Of a stretch of 64,000 nucleotides of DNA, positions 17,660 through 26,818 are shown piece by piece. Under the pieces are notes generated by a model. That model worked only from the letters and a program-made list of their open reading frames with translations. It did not search any database and was not told where the DNA came from. This DNA is from a virus. Taxonomy: Duplodnaviria; Caudoviricetes. Made by a program: the position numbers and the translations under genes. The DNA is taken from IMG/VR virus record IMGVR_UViG_3300028886_000045. One strand, 5' to 3'. How positions within the stretch are numbered: position 1 is the first letter of the stretch; each line of letters starts with the position of its first letter.

Positions 17660-17691
17660 TTTGGTAAAATGTTAGAATTTCAATACCTTTG
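17660..17691 (+). promoter_or_regulatory. Rightward promoter for the repressor
   Basis: TTTG-20 nt-TACCTTTG. Confidence 0.65.
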
Positions 17692-17737
17692 CCAATGAAA
17701 TTAGTAACATAATTGGTTTTAAGGTTTAATTCTTGTG

Positions 17738-17769
17738 CAAAGATACATAAAACATTTGACATTACCAAC
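17738..17769 (-). promoter_or_regulatory. Leftward promoter for the erf/exo/ssb operon
   Basis: GTTG-20 nt-TATCTTTG on the minus strand. Confidence 0.6.
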
Positions 17770-17849
17770 TTTTACCAATGTTTTTGTTAATCTTTTAACA
17801 TTTATTAGATTTGAAACCTTATTGTTTAACCTTGTTAACAAAACGAATT

Positions 17850-18260
17850 ATGACGGACAAAGAAAGAATTGATTTCGTTTTTACGCATCTAAGGGGAAAA
17901 GGCTTTATAAGGTCTTACAGAGATTTAGCGCAAAAACTTGGTATGGGTGCTCCTAATCTAAGCAAAGCGATGAACGGCAACCCATTGTATCTAACCCATT
18001 CGTTCCTTATGCGCATTGCTAATGTCGCTAAAGACTATATCAACCCCGATTGGGTCTGCACGGGGGAAGGCGAACCTTTGGTAAAGAAAGAACCCACCCC
18101 TATACTTTCCACGGAATACATGGAACTGATTAAGCAACAACTTACAGAAAAAGACAACATAATCGCGGAAAAGAACGCCACAATCCAAAGATTGATTGAC
18201 GAAAAAAACAGACTTATCACGATTATTGGCGAAAAGTTGTTAAGTGACAATACCAACTAA
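17850..18260 (+). CDS. CI-like XRE/HTH repressor with C-terminal coiled coil
   Basis: DLAQKLGM..PNLSKAMNG...INPDWV.TGEG; start MTDKER. Confidence 0.85.
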   Translation: MTDKERIDFVFTHLRGKGFIRSYRDLAQKLGMGAPNLSKAMNGNPLYLTHSFLMRIANVAKDYINPDWVCTGEGEPLVKKEPTPILSTEYMELIKQQLTEKDNIIAEKNATIQRLIDEKNRLITIIGEKLLSDNTN

Positions 18261-18462
18261 TTTGTATCACGCCTTTTTCTGACTTCAACCACACACCTTA
18301 CGCATACATGGATTTTAACTTAATAATATTATATTATATATATTTTTTATCTCACGCATATACGCACACACATGGGATATAATTATTTATATATAAATTT
18401 ATTAAATAAAATTTTTCCCTTTATGTTATGGGTGTACGTTTTTGGGAATATAGGGAGTTAGG

Positions 18463-19365
18463 TCAAAGTATTGGTTTGTTATCCAACGCGCGGAGGGACT
18501 TACGCATACGCCTTTCCACGCCCCTATTTGCCTTGGTAACAGACGATATTTTAACGCATCGGTGTACTTCTTCATTCAAGGTGAAAATATTGGCATACTG
18601 CTTGAATACATCACCTTTCTTTGAGGTAAAGAAAAACTCACCGCTTTCGGTACGATACATTCCGTTCACAGCACCGCACGGTAGGCTTTGGGGTTTGATA
18701 TTCGCCAATTCGATATGTTGATGTTGGCTTATCACCCCTTTCCGCTCCATCTGCTTGCAATACTTGATAGCGGTTGTACGGCATACACCGACTTCGTGCG
18801 CCAACCTTGACTTGCTTAATCCCCTTGGGTCTTTCTGTGGGCGTAGTTGCATATGTTCTAAGGCGCGTTTGGCTTGCTTATATTCCTTTACGCTACAAGT
18901 CTTCTGCCCCTTTGCCTTTATGTACTTATCAACAACGTCCGCTTTCTTACCCATAAGGTTTAGCATCAATAGTTTGCGCAATCGCTTTTCTATGTCTGTA
19001 AGCCTTATATCCTTTGTGATTCCCTTTGAGAACGTATAGGTTTCGCGCCCTAACCTTAGATAGTTTGTCACTTGGTCGTACACTTTCAAATCTACTGCGA
19101 TAAGGTGTCCGTCCCTTTTGACAACCAAGCCTTCATCCAACGCCTTACGCAATACGCGCATAGCCTTGGTAGTTCCACAATGAAAATGGTGCTTTATGCT
19201 TTCTATGGTAGGGTTGTGTAGTGAGGATGAACGAAACTTTAGTTTGAGACAGATAGAAAATGACAAAGCCTCCAAGAAAGGTTTGTCATTAATGCCACGC
19301 TTGATGTATTCTTCGGGAATATACAACGCGCCCCAATATCTTGCGTCTAAATTCAGTTTCCGCAT
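18463..19365 (-). CDS. Basic winged-HTH protein, possible replication initiator
   Basis: Two HTH-like segments (TIESIKHHFHCGTTKA; SKSRLAHEVGVCRTTA...MERKGVI). Confidence 0.6.
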   Translation of the reverse strand: MRKLNLDARYWGALYIPEEYIKRGINDKPFLEALSFSICLKLKFRSSSLHNPTIESIKHHFHCGTTKAMRVLRKALDEGLVVKRDGHLIAVDLKVYDQVTNYLRLGRETYTFSKGITKDIRLTDIEKRLRKLLMLNLMGKKADVVDKYIKAKGQKTCSVKEYKQAKRALEHMQLRPQKDPRGLSKSRLAHEVGVCRTTAIKYCKQMERKGVISQHQHIELANIKPQSLPCGAVNGMYRTESGEFFFTSKKGDVFKQYANIFTLNEEVHRCVKISSVTKANRGVERRMRKSLRALDNKPIL

Positions 19366-19561
19366 CCTTGCGAATGGTCACGAAAAAACCGTGCGATTTT
19401 CTGCGATGACAATTTACAAAATCATAACACAAAAATTTTGTTGCAGAAAACCTAACACGGCTAATTCGTGGTATATTATGTATATTAAAGTATTCCACCT
19501 TAATGTTTATTTTTTATGTTATGTCACTTTGTGAGTGATTAATTTTGATTAATTGTCGATG

Positions 19562-19569
19562 CAAAGGTA
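19562..19569 (-). promoter_or_regulatory. -7 box TACCTTTG driving the wHTH gene
   Basis: Same promoter core as the early leaders but no pseudoknot. Confidence 0.6.
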
Positions 19570-19709
19570 CAAACTTTTATTGGTATATGCAAATTTTTTG
19601 ACAACTTTTTTGGTAAAAAACAAGAAAAAATTAGTGCGAAATATGTAAAGCACATAAATCGCACTACTGAACTAACAGATAATCAATATGTTATACAGAA
19701 AAAGTGATA

Positions 19710-19752
19710 TTCCCAAGCCACAGGTCACGAGTTCGAGCCTCGCTTACCGCTC
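19710..19752 (+). other. attP core = 3' half of tRNA-Gly(CCC)
   Basis: TTCCCAA anticodon loop, GCCAC, AGGTC, ACGAG-TTCGAGC-CTCGC, TTACCGC-T; 5' half absent; about 120 nt upstream of integrase. Confidence 0.85.
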
Positions 19753-19869
19753 TCTGATAATCAGAAAGTTATACTATTTTTCGGCAGTTTTAGCACAAAC
19801 AAGCCACTACGTTTTTAGGTGTTTTAAGGTGTTATTAGGTAATGGTAATGTGCAAAATTTGTGCGAAAT

Positions 19870-21075
19870 ATGAAAATCAAAACTTATGTTGATACAAGGA
19901 AACCTACCAATCAAGGTTTGTTCCCTGTGCTTATCTCCGTCAATCGTGACGGATTCAGATTCTTTGTCAATACGGGGATTTACACCGCTACCAAGTTTGA
20001 AGGTAGGGAGTTTCCCAAATCTGACCCCAACCATAAAGTAAAGACAAATGCCTTGAATAGATTACTACTGCAAGTGGAAGAATACGCGATTAGCCACCTT
20101 TCAGAAAACAATAACGCTTTTAGGCATGGGATGCGTCTTTTTCTTGTAGGAAAAGCAACGGAAAGAAAAGGCAAAAGGCTTTACGGATATGTTGAGGATT
20201 ACGCGGAAACCATAACCAAGCAATCCACGAAAAGGATATACAAAGTAACTATCGCTAAGATAAAAGAATTTGATAAGGATGCCACATTGGATATTACCCC
20301 ACAATGGCTAACGGATTTCGAGGAGTACTTCACACAGAAAAAAGGTATGTCTGTAAACGGCATTGGCATACATCTAAGGAATATCCGCACCGTTATCAAC
20401 CAACACAGAGAGGAGTTGTCTGTGCCATATCCTTTCAAGTCCTATATTATTAAAGAGGTGCGCGTGCCTATCAGAAACCTTTCCATTGAACAACTGAAGG
20501 CATTACGCGATTACCCTTGTGAAGAATGGCAAACGGAATATAGGGATTTGTTCATGCTTTCGTTCTATCTGTGTGGGGTAAACGCAGGGGACTTGCTTTT
20601 GTGTAAATCCCTAACTAATGGTCGTTTCGTATTTACGAGAAGAAAGACTAACAAGAAAGGCAAAAGGGTACAGACATACATTGATATTCCCATTTGCCCC
20701 CAAGCGCAAGCCATAATCGACAAATACAAAGGCGAAAACTACTTGCTAAACCCATTGGATAGATACAAGTCTTACAATGACTATTTGCACCATTGGAATG
20801 ACGGATTACGGAAAATTGGTGAGGTTCACTACGAAAAAGATAAGGTAGGCAGAATGAGAAAAAAGGTTTACGAGCCTTTGTTCGGTGATTTCAGACTTAC
20901 TACTAATGTAGCGCGTGACACTTTCGCATCCATATCCGCGTCTTTGGGCATTCCAAGGGAACATACTGCTATGTGCCTCGGTCATTCTTGGTGCGATGTG
21001 ACGGATTATTACATACACTACGAAAGGGAGGTTATTGATTCAGTCGTTAGAAAGGTTGTGAATGCACTACAATAA
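19870..21075 (+). CDS. int: Tyrosine integrase (Bacteroidota type)
   Basis: Arm-binding N-terminus, LRNIRTVIN, FMLSFYLCGVN..DL, VARDTFAS, LGHS, VTDYY. Confidence 0.92.
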   Translation: MKIKTYVDTRKPTNQGLFPVLISVNRDGFRFFVNTGIYTATKFEGREFPKSDPNHKVKTNALNRLLLQVEEYAISHLSENNNAFRHGMRLFLVGKATERKGKRLYGYVEDYAETITKQSTKRIYKVTIAKIKEFDKDATLDITPQWLTDFEEYFTQKKGMSVNGIGIHLRNIRTVINQHREELSVPYPFKSYIIKEVRVPIRNLSIEQLKALRDYPCEEWQTEYRDLFMLSFYLCGVNAGDLLLCKSLTNGRFVFTRRKTNKKGKRVQTYIDIPICPQAQAIIDKYKGENYLLNPLDRYKSYNDYLHHWNDGLRKIGEVHYEKDKVGRMRKKVYEPLFGDFRLTTNVARDTFASISASLGIPREHTAMCLGHSWCDVTDYYIHYEREVIDSVVRKVVNALQ

Positions 21076-21078
21076 CAG

Positions 21079-21117
21079 AAAAAACCGCCCAAAGGGGAAA
21101 TACCCCTAAAGGCGGTC
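21079..21117. terminator. Hairpin between convergent genes
   Basis: aaaaaACCGCC...GGGGaaataCCCC...GGCGGT. Confidence 0.6.
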
Positions 21118-21139
21118 AAACCATGTAACAAAATGGATT

Positions 21140-22021
21140 TTATGTAGTTTTCCCTAATTCTGACGGAATCCGTATGTAAGGGGAATCCGTCAATATGAAA
21201 TACTCCCCCCAATATCGGCTTTTCTGACTCGGCATTTGCCAAGCCACAATATCAGTTTCCGCGCTCTTTTCTGTTATGGTAGGATGAAACACCTTTGCCC
21301 ATCGAAATCTACTCGCCATAGGTTGAACGCGATACGCACACCCCATTCGCCCCATTTTGTCGTAGATAACAAACTCGCCTAACTGCTTATCGTTTCCTTC
21401 TTCCATACACTTATCGCGTTCATAGCCAAAGGCTTTGTCTTCGCGTATCTTTTCTATCTGCATGAAATCTTCGGGCATTCTGCCCTTGATACACGGCAAT
21501 ATATCCCCCTTTAGAACGCTATCGGCATAGGCTTCCGTATCATCTAAGGCATTTGTCACACCGATATACAAATGTGTTATACCTTTTTCTTTCCACCAAA
21601 TATGTGCGCCCTTTTCACTCTTGATAGGTGTAAATTTCATCGTGTCCAAATTCAACCAATACGTTTCATATGGCTCTCTTTCCGACAATAAGGTTTCCAA
21701 TTTGCTAAAAGCATCCACGACATCCTTTGCCGTACCATTTTTCCCCATGATATGCCTCAAAACCTTATCCTTGATTTGCTCTAAGGTCATATCCGTGGGA
21801 ACTTGCAAAATATTGTACCCTTCCATGTTTAACACGCTTATGTCAAGGTCTGAAAGCGGTGTTATCCATCGCCACTCACAGAAAATTTCTTTTCCGTCCT
21901 TAATAGTCTGTACCAAAAAGCACACCCTACCCTCCTCTTCTATCGCGTAACGCTTTGCGTCTATGTAGTTCACAAAGCCATAGTGATACTTTTGGTTGTT
22001 TAATATGATTTCTTTAAGCAT
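21140..22021 (-). CDS. Hypothetical protein
   Basis: 293-aa ORF. Confidence 0.75.
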   Translation of the reverse strand: MLKEIILNNQKYHYGFVNYIDAKRYAIEEEGRVCFLVQTIKDGKEIFCEWRWITPLSDLDISVLNMEGYNILQVPTDMTLEQIKDKVLRHIMGKNGTAKDVVDAFSKLETLLSEREPYETYWLNLDTMKFTPIKSEKGAHIWWKEKGITHLYIGVTNALDDTEAYADSVLKGDILPCIKGRMPEDFMQIEKIREDKAFGYERDKCMEEGNDKQLGEFVIYDKMGRMGCAYRVQPMASRFRWAKVFHPTITEKSAETDIVAWQMPSQKSRYWGEYFILTDSPYIRIPSELGKTT

Positions 22022-22049
22022 AGTCGTAAAATTCTAAAAGGTGGCTCTC

Positions 22050-22280
22050 TTATCTGAGAGCCTCCTTGATTTCTTCCAAATGGTTCAACACTTTTAATAT
22101 TGATTCGGTCACGCTTGCATTTGTCGGTTCGTCTATCACACCACGGCTCAAATTCAAGTCGTTAATGTATGTTAGAACTGATACACCCTTTTCGATTGCG
22201 TCAATGTTTTCGGCTATATGGTGAAGAATATTGTCTTTCGTGTAGCCATCTGTGACGATACCTTTTCTAATATCATTCAT
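22050..22280 (-). CDS. Hypothetical protein
   Basis: 76 aa, overlapping start. Confidence 0.7.
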   Translation of the reverse strand: MNDIRKGIVTDGYTKDNILHHIAENIDAIEKGVSVLTYINDLNLSRGVIDEPTNASVTESILKVLNHLEEIKEALR

Positions 22281-22482
22281 CGTCTTCTACTGAATGGTTG
22301 CACTTATCAATATACTCTTGTGAAACGCGCAAAAGGTGGTTGTAATCGCCTTCTTGCGCTTTCGCCTTATACTCACCCACAAGGTGCGCTAAACACGCTT
22401 TGACCATACATTTTGAAACGTGTCCGATAACTGCGTTAGCGTTTCCATCTACACCCACTAAAGAAAATCTTTTGTTACTCAT
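22273..22482 (-). CDS. Conserved small phage protein
   Basis: LVGVDGNA.AVIG.V...GDYNHLL motif. Confidence 0.8.
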   Translation of the reverse strand: MSNKRFSLVGVDGNANAVIGHVSKCMVKACLAHLVGEYKAKAQEGDYNHLLRVSQEYIDKCNHSVEDDE

Positions 22483-22500
22483 TTTTCTTGTTGTTTTTGG

Positions 22501-22917
22501 TTATTTAACTACATATACTTTATAAACACACTTGCGTCCGCAATCCCATGCGTCCCTTATCTTTCCGTCCACGACCGCACAGATATGATGCGCCAAACGA
22601 AGGATATAAACCCCCTTTGGATGGCTTAAAGCAAAGTCCTTTGCAGTCATTCGCTTTTGTCCTTTTACGACCTTTACGCTTTGGGATTTATACCCCATTT
22701 GCGCAAACACTTTCTCATACACCTCTTGACTATTCGGCATAGAATAAGCCTCACGCGCCATTTTTGAAAGGTTGTCGAAAGACTCCAACCACGTTTTATT
22801 TGATGCAATAGCAAAGGCGCGTATGACACAATCGCCTTTCGTACACTTCTTTCCTTCTGTTGGATTCGGTTGGGTAAATTCGTAATAATCTACACCTTTA
22901 TTTATGGTTTTTGCCAT
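22501..22917 (-). CDS. Conserved phage protein (GDCVIRA ... HICAVVDG ... DAWD)
   Basis: Recurrent phage motif with a Cys/His/Asp pattern. Confidence 0.8.
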   Translation of the reverse strand: MAKTINKGVDYYEFTQPNPTEGKKCTKGDCVIRAFAIASNKTWLESFDNLSKMAREAYSMPNSQEVYEKVFAQMGYKSQSVKVVKGQKRMTAKDFALSHPKGVYILRLAHHICAVVDGKIRDAWDCGRKCVYKVYVVK

Positions 22918-22928
22918 AGTTCTATCTG

Positions 22929-23432
22929 TTAAAAGTTGATTTCTTTCTCGTCCGTGAAGACGTTGTTTATTGCCACCATAGCACTCCTCAAATCAAGTTG
23001 GCACATAGCGCGTATCAGTCCGTACCTTTCAGAATGTTTTTCCGACATCTTTTCTTTGGCACGGTATGAAGGCGATTCTCCAAACTTCTGCAAGGCTATC
23101 TCGATTTCCGCATATGCCTTTTTCACTTTGTCATAAAGCACATTTTCCTCATCGTCTATGCTTCTAAACATATTATCCGTGGGGTATAGCCAAAACATTT
23201 CCTTTTGGTATGCCAAACTGATTTCTTGCGATGTCAAACCCTTCATCCTATCAATCCATTCACCTTCATCTTTCGTGCAATGTATCATCATAAATGTACT
23301 GCATTTATAGAAAGGACTGAAAGAACGCTCCAAAAACAGATAGTAACTTTCCGTGAAATCGGATTTCCTTATCTTTTTTCTTATTCTATCGGATTTCCTT
23401 TTCTTTTTTCCTATATAAACATCGTATTCCAT
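22929..23432 (-). CDS. Hypothetical protein
   Basis: 167-aa ORF in operon. Confidence 0.7.
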   Translation of the reverse strand: MEYDVYIGKKKRKSDRIRKKIRKSDFTESYYLFLERSFSPFYKCSTFMMIHCTKDEGEWIDRMKGLTSQEISLAYQKEMFWLYPTDNMFRSIDDEENVLYDKVKKAYAEIEIALQKFGESPSYRAKEKMSEKHSERYGLIRAMCQLDLRSAMVAINNVFTDEKEINF

Positions 23433-23435
23433 ACA

Positions 23436-23831
23436 CTACACCTCCATTTTTGCGACTTCTGCGAAATCTTTTACTACAAGTGCATACAGTCTATCAAAAC
23501 GTGCTTCACGCTTTGGGTTCGGTATGCAGTCTTGACCCTTATAGGATGGCGAATTTGCGTACTTAATAAGCGCATTTACCATTATATCCTTCGCCTTTAC
23601 AAACTCTTCGTAAAGTGCTTGCTCTTCTTCGTTAATGGTGCGATAATCCGCGAACAACCTTTTATCTATGTTATCCGCGCTTACATACATCTGTGATGCT
23701 ATGTTTTCCGCGTCCTTTTCCGTGCAATAGATAGTAAGGCACTTTTCGCTTTCAGACTCTACCTTATACCTACCTTTTAGGTAGTGTATGAAAGTCTTTG
23801 AATATTCGTTTTTGTATATCTTGTAAGTCAT
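23436..23831 (-). CDS. Hypothetical protein
   Basis: 131-aa ORF in operon. Confidence 0.75.
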   Translation of the reverse strand: MTYKIYKNEYSKTFIHYLKGRYKVESESEKCLTIYCTEKDAENIASQMYVSADNIDKRLFADYRTINEEEQALYEEFVKAKDIMVNALIKYANSPSYKGQDCIPNPKREARFDRLYALVVKDFAEVAKMEV

Positions 23832-23884
23832 ATTATCATCTTTTTTAGGGTTATTGTAGGGGGCAGTTTAACCGCCCCTTTCTG

Positions 23885-24208
23885 TTACTGCAACATCAAC
23901 TCGGCTTTGTTGAAACTTCTCCAAGCCATCTTTTCGGTGTCCCAATAGGTCTGCAAGTGTGCGTAAGTACGACCTACACCCTTAACCTCACCGATAAGGT
24001 TCTGTTTAAGTGTACCGAATGCCCTACGGACTTCACCGTTGGCTTTCACAAAGTGAAACTCGACAACACCAACGAGCATCTTCTGACGCAGTTTGTAATT
24101 TGCCCAAGCCAAGCGCAAAGCCTCGCTTATTGACTTACCATTTACCTTGACCATTCTCCAAGCCTCTGACATTACAGACTTGATTGTGTTCTTGAAATTC
24201 TGTGCCAT
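23885..24208 (-). CDS. WYL_2 / Sm-like SH3 beta-barrel protein (DUF2693-like)
   Basis: VEFHFVKANGEVRRAFGTL...YWDTEK.AWRSF. Confidence 0.85.
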   Translation of the reverse strand: MAQNFKNTIKSVMSEAWRMVKVNGKSISEALRLAWANYKLRQKMLVGVVEFHFVKANGEVRRAFGTLKQNLIGEVKGVGRTYAHLQTYWDTEKMAWRSFNKAELMLQ

Positions 24209-24288
24209 AGTTATAAACGACTATTTTATACTCTTTGCTTGAGTTCAAAAGTTAATGTCTGTTGTTTCTTAATTACAATGCAAAGGTA
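24209..24288 (-). promoter_or_regulatory. Conserved early leader copy 2 (stem 2 degenerate)
   Basis: TACCTTTG...AAGAAACAA...ACUC-AAGCAAA-GAGU-AUAAAAUAGUC. Confidence 0.7.
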
Positions 24289-24509
24289 GTCATTTTTCTT
24301 GAACTATGCAAATTTTTTACCATGTTTTTTCTAACACTTAACACATTTTAACGAAATACCAAAGTAAAACCAATTTTATTTACATATTTTTTTATCGTAT
24401 TGACAATTTATTTTGGTAAAGCATTTTTTACAACCTTTCTTTGGGGGATTGAAATTATTTCTGTATCTTTGCACCAAAATTGTTATATATATAAGGTGTA
24501 AGTATTTTT

Positions 24510-24680
24510 ATGAAAAGAAAAACCAATATCAACAGATTGGCGGTGAAAAATCCTACAAATATAGGATGCCAAAACCGCGCGGATTTATACACGATGCGCG
24601 TTGCTTACGGATTGAACGAATTAAGGCGCATTATTACCGAAAACATGGCTTATGTTCCCTTAAAGAAAAGATTTGCGTAA
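24510..24680 (+). CDS. Small basic hypothetical protein (56 aa)
   Basis: Hand-translated MKRKTNINRL...LKKRFA after TATCTTTG box at ~24464; stops 1 nt before the next ATG. Confidence 0.55.
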   Translation: MKRKTNINRLAVKNPTNIGCQNRADLYTMRVAYGLNELRRIITENMAYVPLKKRFA

Positions 24681-24681
24681 T

Positions 24682-25008
24682 ATGAAAAGAACAACACCTG
24701 CAAGCGAATACTTATCTAAGGTTCGCAAACGTGACTATTTCGATGAGGATATAATGTCAGCCTTTAAGGAGGGAATGAAATACAACCTCATTAATACTGT
24801 GTGGCAACCAATCAGCACCCCTCCAACCATAAAGCCAAACGATGAAATAATTGTGCTTACAGATACAGAATTTGGGTACGAGTTAAAGTCGGTACTGTCT
24901 TCTGAATTTGCAGAATTTACAAAATACAACAACTGCATTATTTGGACGCGCCTTAACAACATCATTCCCAAGAAATACCAACGTGGCAATAGTGACGATA
25001 CCTTTTGA
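24682..25008 (+). CDS. Hypothetical protein (DUF551-like), paralog of 59275-59583
   Basis: AF.EG...VWQP...IIV...W pattern. Confidence 0.7.
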   Translation: MKRTTPASEYLSKVRKRDYFDEDIMSAFKEGMKYNLINTVWQPISTPPTIKPNDEIIVLTDTEFGYELKSVLSSEFAEFTKYNNCIIWTRLNNIIPKKYQRGNSDDTF

Positions 25009-25099
25009 TTTTCACTTTGGCACAAAATGAATAGGAATATTGGTGCTACCCTTTGCCATGTCGTGCGTTTTCCGTACCTTTGCGGAAAAATAGCAGACT

Positions 25100-25327
25100 A
25101 TGATAGATAGTAAGACAAAACACTATTTCATTGTCGCTTTCATTGCGACTTTTGGAATTTATGGGTTACTTTTGGCAGTCCTTTTTGCCATTGTTTATAA
25201 TTTGGCAGAACTAAAGAAAGGAACTTTCTGCAAAGGTAACATCACGTTTGATTTGATTGGGTTGTGGTCAGGCTTCATTATCCAATTAATTCTATTCGGT
25301 AAGGTTTGGGGGTTCAATCCATTTTGA
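25100..25327 (+). CDS. Small membrane protein
   Basis: Two hydrophobic segments; TACCTTTG box just upstream. Confidence 0.7.
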   Translation: MIDSKTKHYFIVAFIATFGIYGLLLAVLFAIVYNLAELKKGTFCKGNITFDLIGLWSGFIIQLILFGKVWGFNPF

Positions 25328-25450
25328 GGGGATTAAGCGATTAATGTTTCCATTTTTTCGTGGGGGTCGTTTACGGCTTCCACGTTTTTTATATACAGAA
25401 AACCCCACGCCCTTAAATAAGAACGTGGGATGTGCGTTATATTTAGTCTT

Positions 25451-25687
25451 TTATACTAAATCAAATCCGAAATACCCCAAATCATTTGAGCACATTACAA
25501 CCAACCCCAACAATCCAAGTTTGCTACAACCACGGTTTTCTTCTGTTGGCATAGATACCACGACTTCAAAAGGTTCATTACACCAATCGAAATTAAGGCA
25601 ATCAATAGCACCGATTAACTCCTCGTACTTTCCTATCAATCTTTCTGCAACATCCGCAGATTTGATGATGATTTTATAATCTTTCAT
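25451..25687 (-). CDS. Hypothetical protein
   Basis: 78-aa ORF followed by a hairpin. Confidence 0.65.
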   Translation of the reverse strand: MKDYKIIIKSADVAERLIGKYEELIGAIDCLNFDWCNEPFEVVVSMPTEENRGCSKLGLLGLVVMCSNDLGYFGFDLV

Positions 25688-25742
25688 ACCAACGCTTTTT
25701 TATTGTATTTAATTGGTAAACCACCCTTTGCGCTTTCTATGC

Positions 25743-26111
25743 TTAACAATCAGCATAGATGTGCGTGAGCGATGTTCTAAGACCCGTTTCACGCTCGAAC
25801 AATCCCCTCAGTTGGTCGCAATAGATACCCTTGTACTCCTTGACTACCTTATCAGCCATTTTCTCCTCAATCTGTTCGCGTGTGTACTTAACGTACAAAT
25901 TCACGCTGAACTTCTGCCCCTTCTTAATGAACTGCACCGTGTAGGTGTCATCTGCATCAAGGATAACGCGCAAACGTGTAGCCTTTGACTTGTTACGCAT
26001 GAAATCCAACTGCAAGCCGTAACCCTTTTCGATTTCAATCATATTCTTTGCGCCTACCATTACAACGAAATGATTACCACCAATCTGTGAAAGAATTGTC
26101 TTTGCTATCAT
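25743..26111 (-). CDS. Conserved phage early protein
   Basis: IAKTILSQIGG..F.VMVGAKN...DTYTVQF...GIYCDQL. Confidence 0.8.
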   Translation of the reverse strand: MIAKTILSQIGGNHFVVMVGAKNMIEIEKGYGLQLDFMRNKSKATRLRVILDADDTYTVQFIKKGQKFSVNLYVKYTREQIEEKMADKVVKEYKGIYCDQLRGLFERETGLRTSLTHIYADC

Positions 26112-26186
26112 AACTTTTGTGACCTTGTTATTCTCTCGGTCGTGAGTTCTAAATTAACTTTGTTTCTTAATTACAATGCAAAGGTA
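26112..26186 (-). promoter_or_regulatory. Conserved early leader copy 3 (pseudoknot 26121-26147)
   Basis: ACUC-AC-GACC-GA-GAG-AAUAACAA-GGUC, 9 nt before AUG. Confidence 0.8.
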
Positions 26187-26259
26187 CGATTTTTTTTTGA
26201 TACCACCAAATTTTTAGCAATTATTTAACATTGATTAACATTAAATGGTAATATAACAG

Positions 26260-26290
26260 AAAAGTCCTACCAACTCACGTTGATAGGACT
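26260..26290 (-). terminator. Terminator after holin (GUGA tetraloop)
   Basis: AGTCCTATCAAC-GTGA-GTTGGTAGGACT-TTT. Confidence 0.7.
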
Positions 26291-26318
26291 CCCAAAAACA
26301 ATAAAAAAACTTACACCC

Positions 26319-26555
26319 CTAAACTTCGCTTTCGTCTTCTCGTCTATTTCCCTTTATTGCCTTGGTTACGGGGTCTATGCCTAACAATGTCACGGCACAC
26401 CCCGCCAAAAACTCCGTTACATTCGGCATCTGTCGGTTATATATCACGCATACAACGAAACATACAAGTATGACAAAGATAATAGACAAACCGCCCAAAC
26501 GCTTGGAACTGTAACTGCCCTTTTTACCTAAAAAGAAACTCATTAGTTCGTTCAT
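26319..26555 (-). CDS. Putative holin
   Basis: 78 aa, SSKR plus two TM helices, charged C-tail, located at end of tail module. Confidence 0.65.
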   Translation of the reverse strand: MNELMSFFLGKKGSYSSKRLGGLSIIFVILVCFVVCVIYNRQMPNVTEFLAGCAVTLLGIDPVTKAIKGNRREDESEV

Positions 26556-26623
26556 ATCCCTTGACCCTTTCTTTTATATAATACGGTGTTGTCGAACCCC
26601 CTAAAACGACAACACCGCTTTTC

Positions 26624-26803
26624 TTAGACTTCCAACCAATCCAATGCGTCATCCACTTCTTGCTTCGAGTACGTTTCATTCTTAGAATACGAATTTATGC
26701 TATCTGAAGGAAACGTGAAACCCTCAAAGTTAATATCTGACGCATCTATTGCCTTTGCACCGCTTTTCTTGTGCTTTATCTTATCCGAAACAATAAATGC
26801 CAT
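26624..26803 (-). CDS. Small tail-associated protein (59 aa)
   Basis: Hand-translated MAFIVSDKIK...YSKNETYSKQEVD. Confidence 0.6.
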   Translation of the reverse strand: MAFIVSDKIKHKKSGAKAIDASDINFEGFTFPSDSINSYSKNETYSKQEVDDALDWLEV

Positions 26804-26818
26804 AATCTGCCCTCCTAA

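Noticed and set aside
19710-19752. Functional tRNA gene
   Set aside because: The 5' acceptor strand and D arm are missing; it is an att core
19870-21075. Inactive integrase (CGVN instead of TGxR, NVAR instead of HxxR)
   Set aside because: Such substitutions are typical of this Bacteroidota integrase subfamily; R, LGH and Y are present and the ORF is intact
24413-24685. 90-aa ORF from the track
   Set aside because: Starts upstream of the promoter; the alternative frame 24510-24680 fits promoter and spacing better
26319-26555. Missing endolysin as an anomaly
   Set aside because: The window is a partial genome; the lysin may lie outside it
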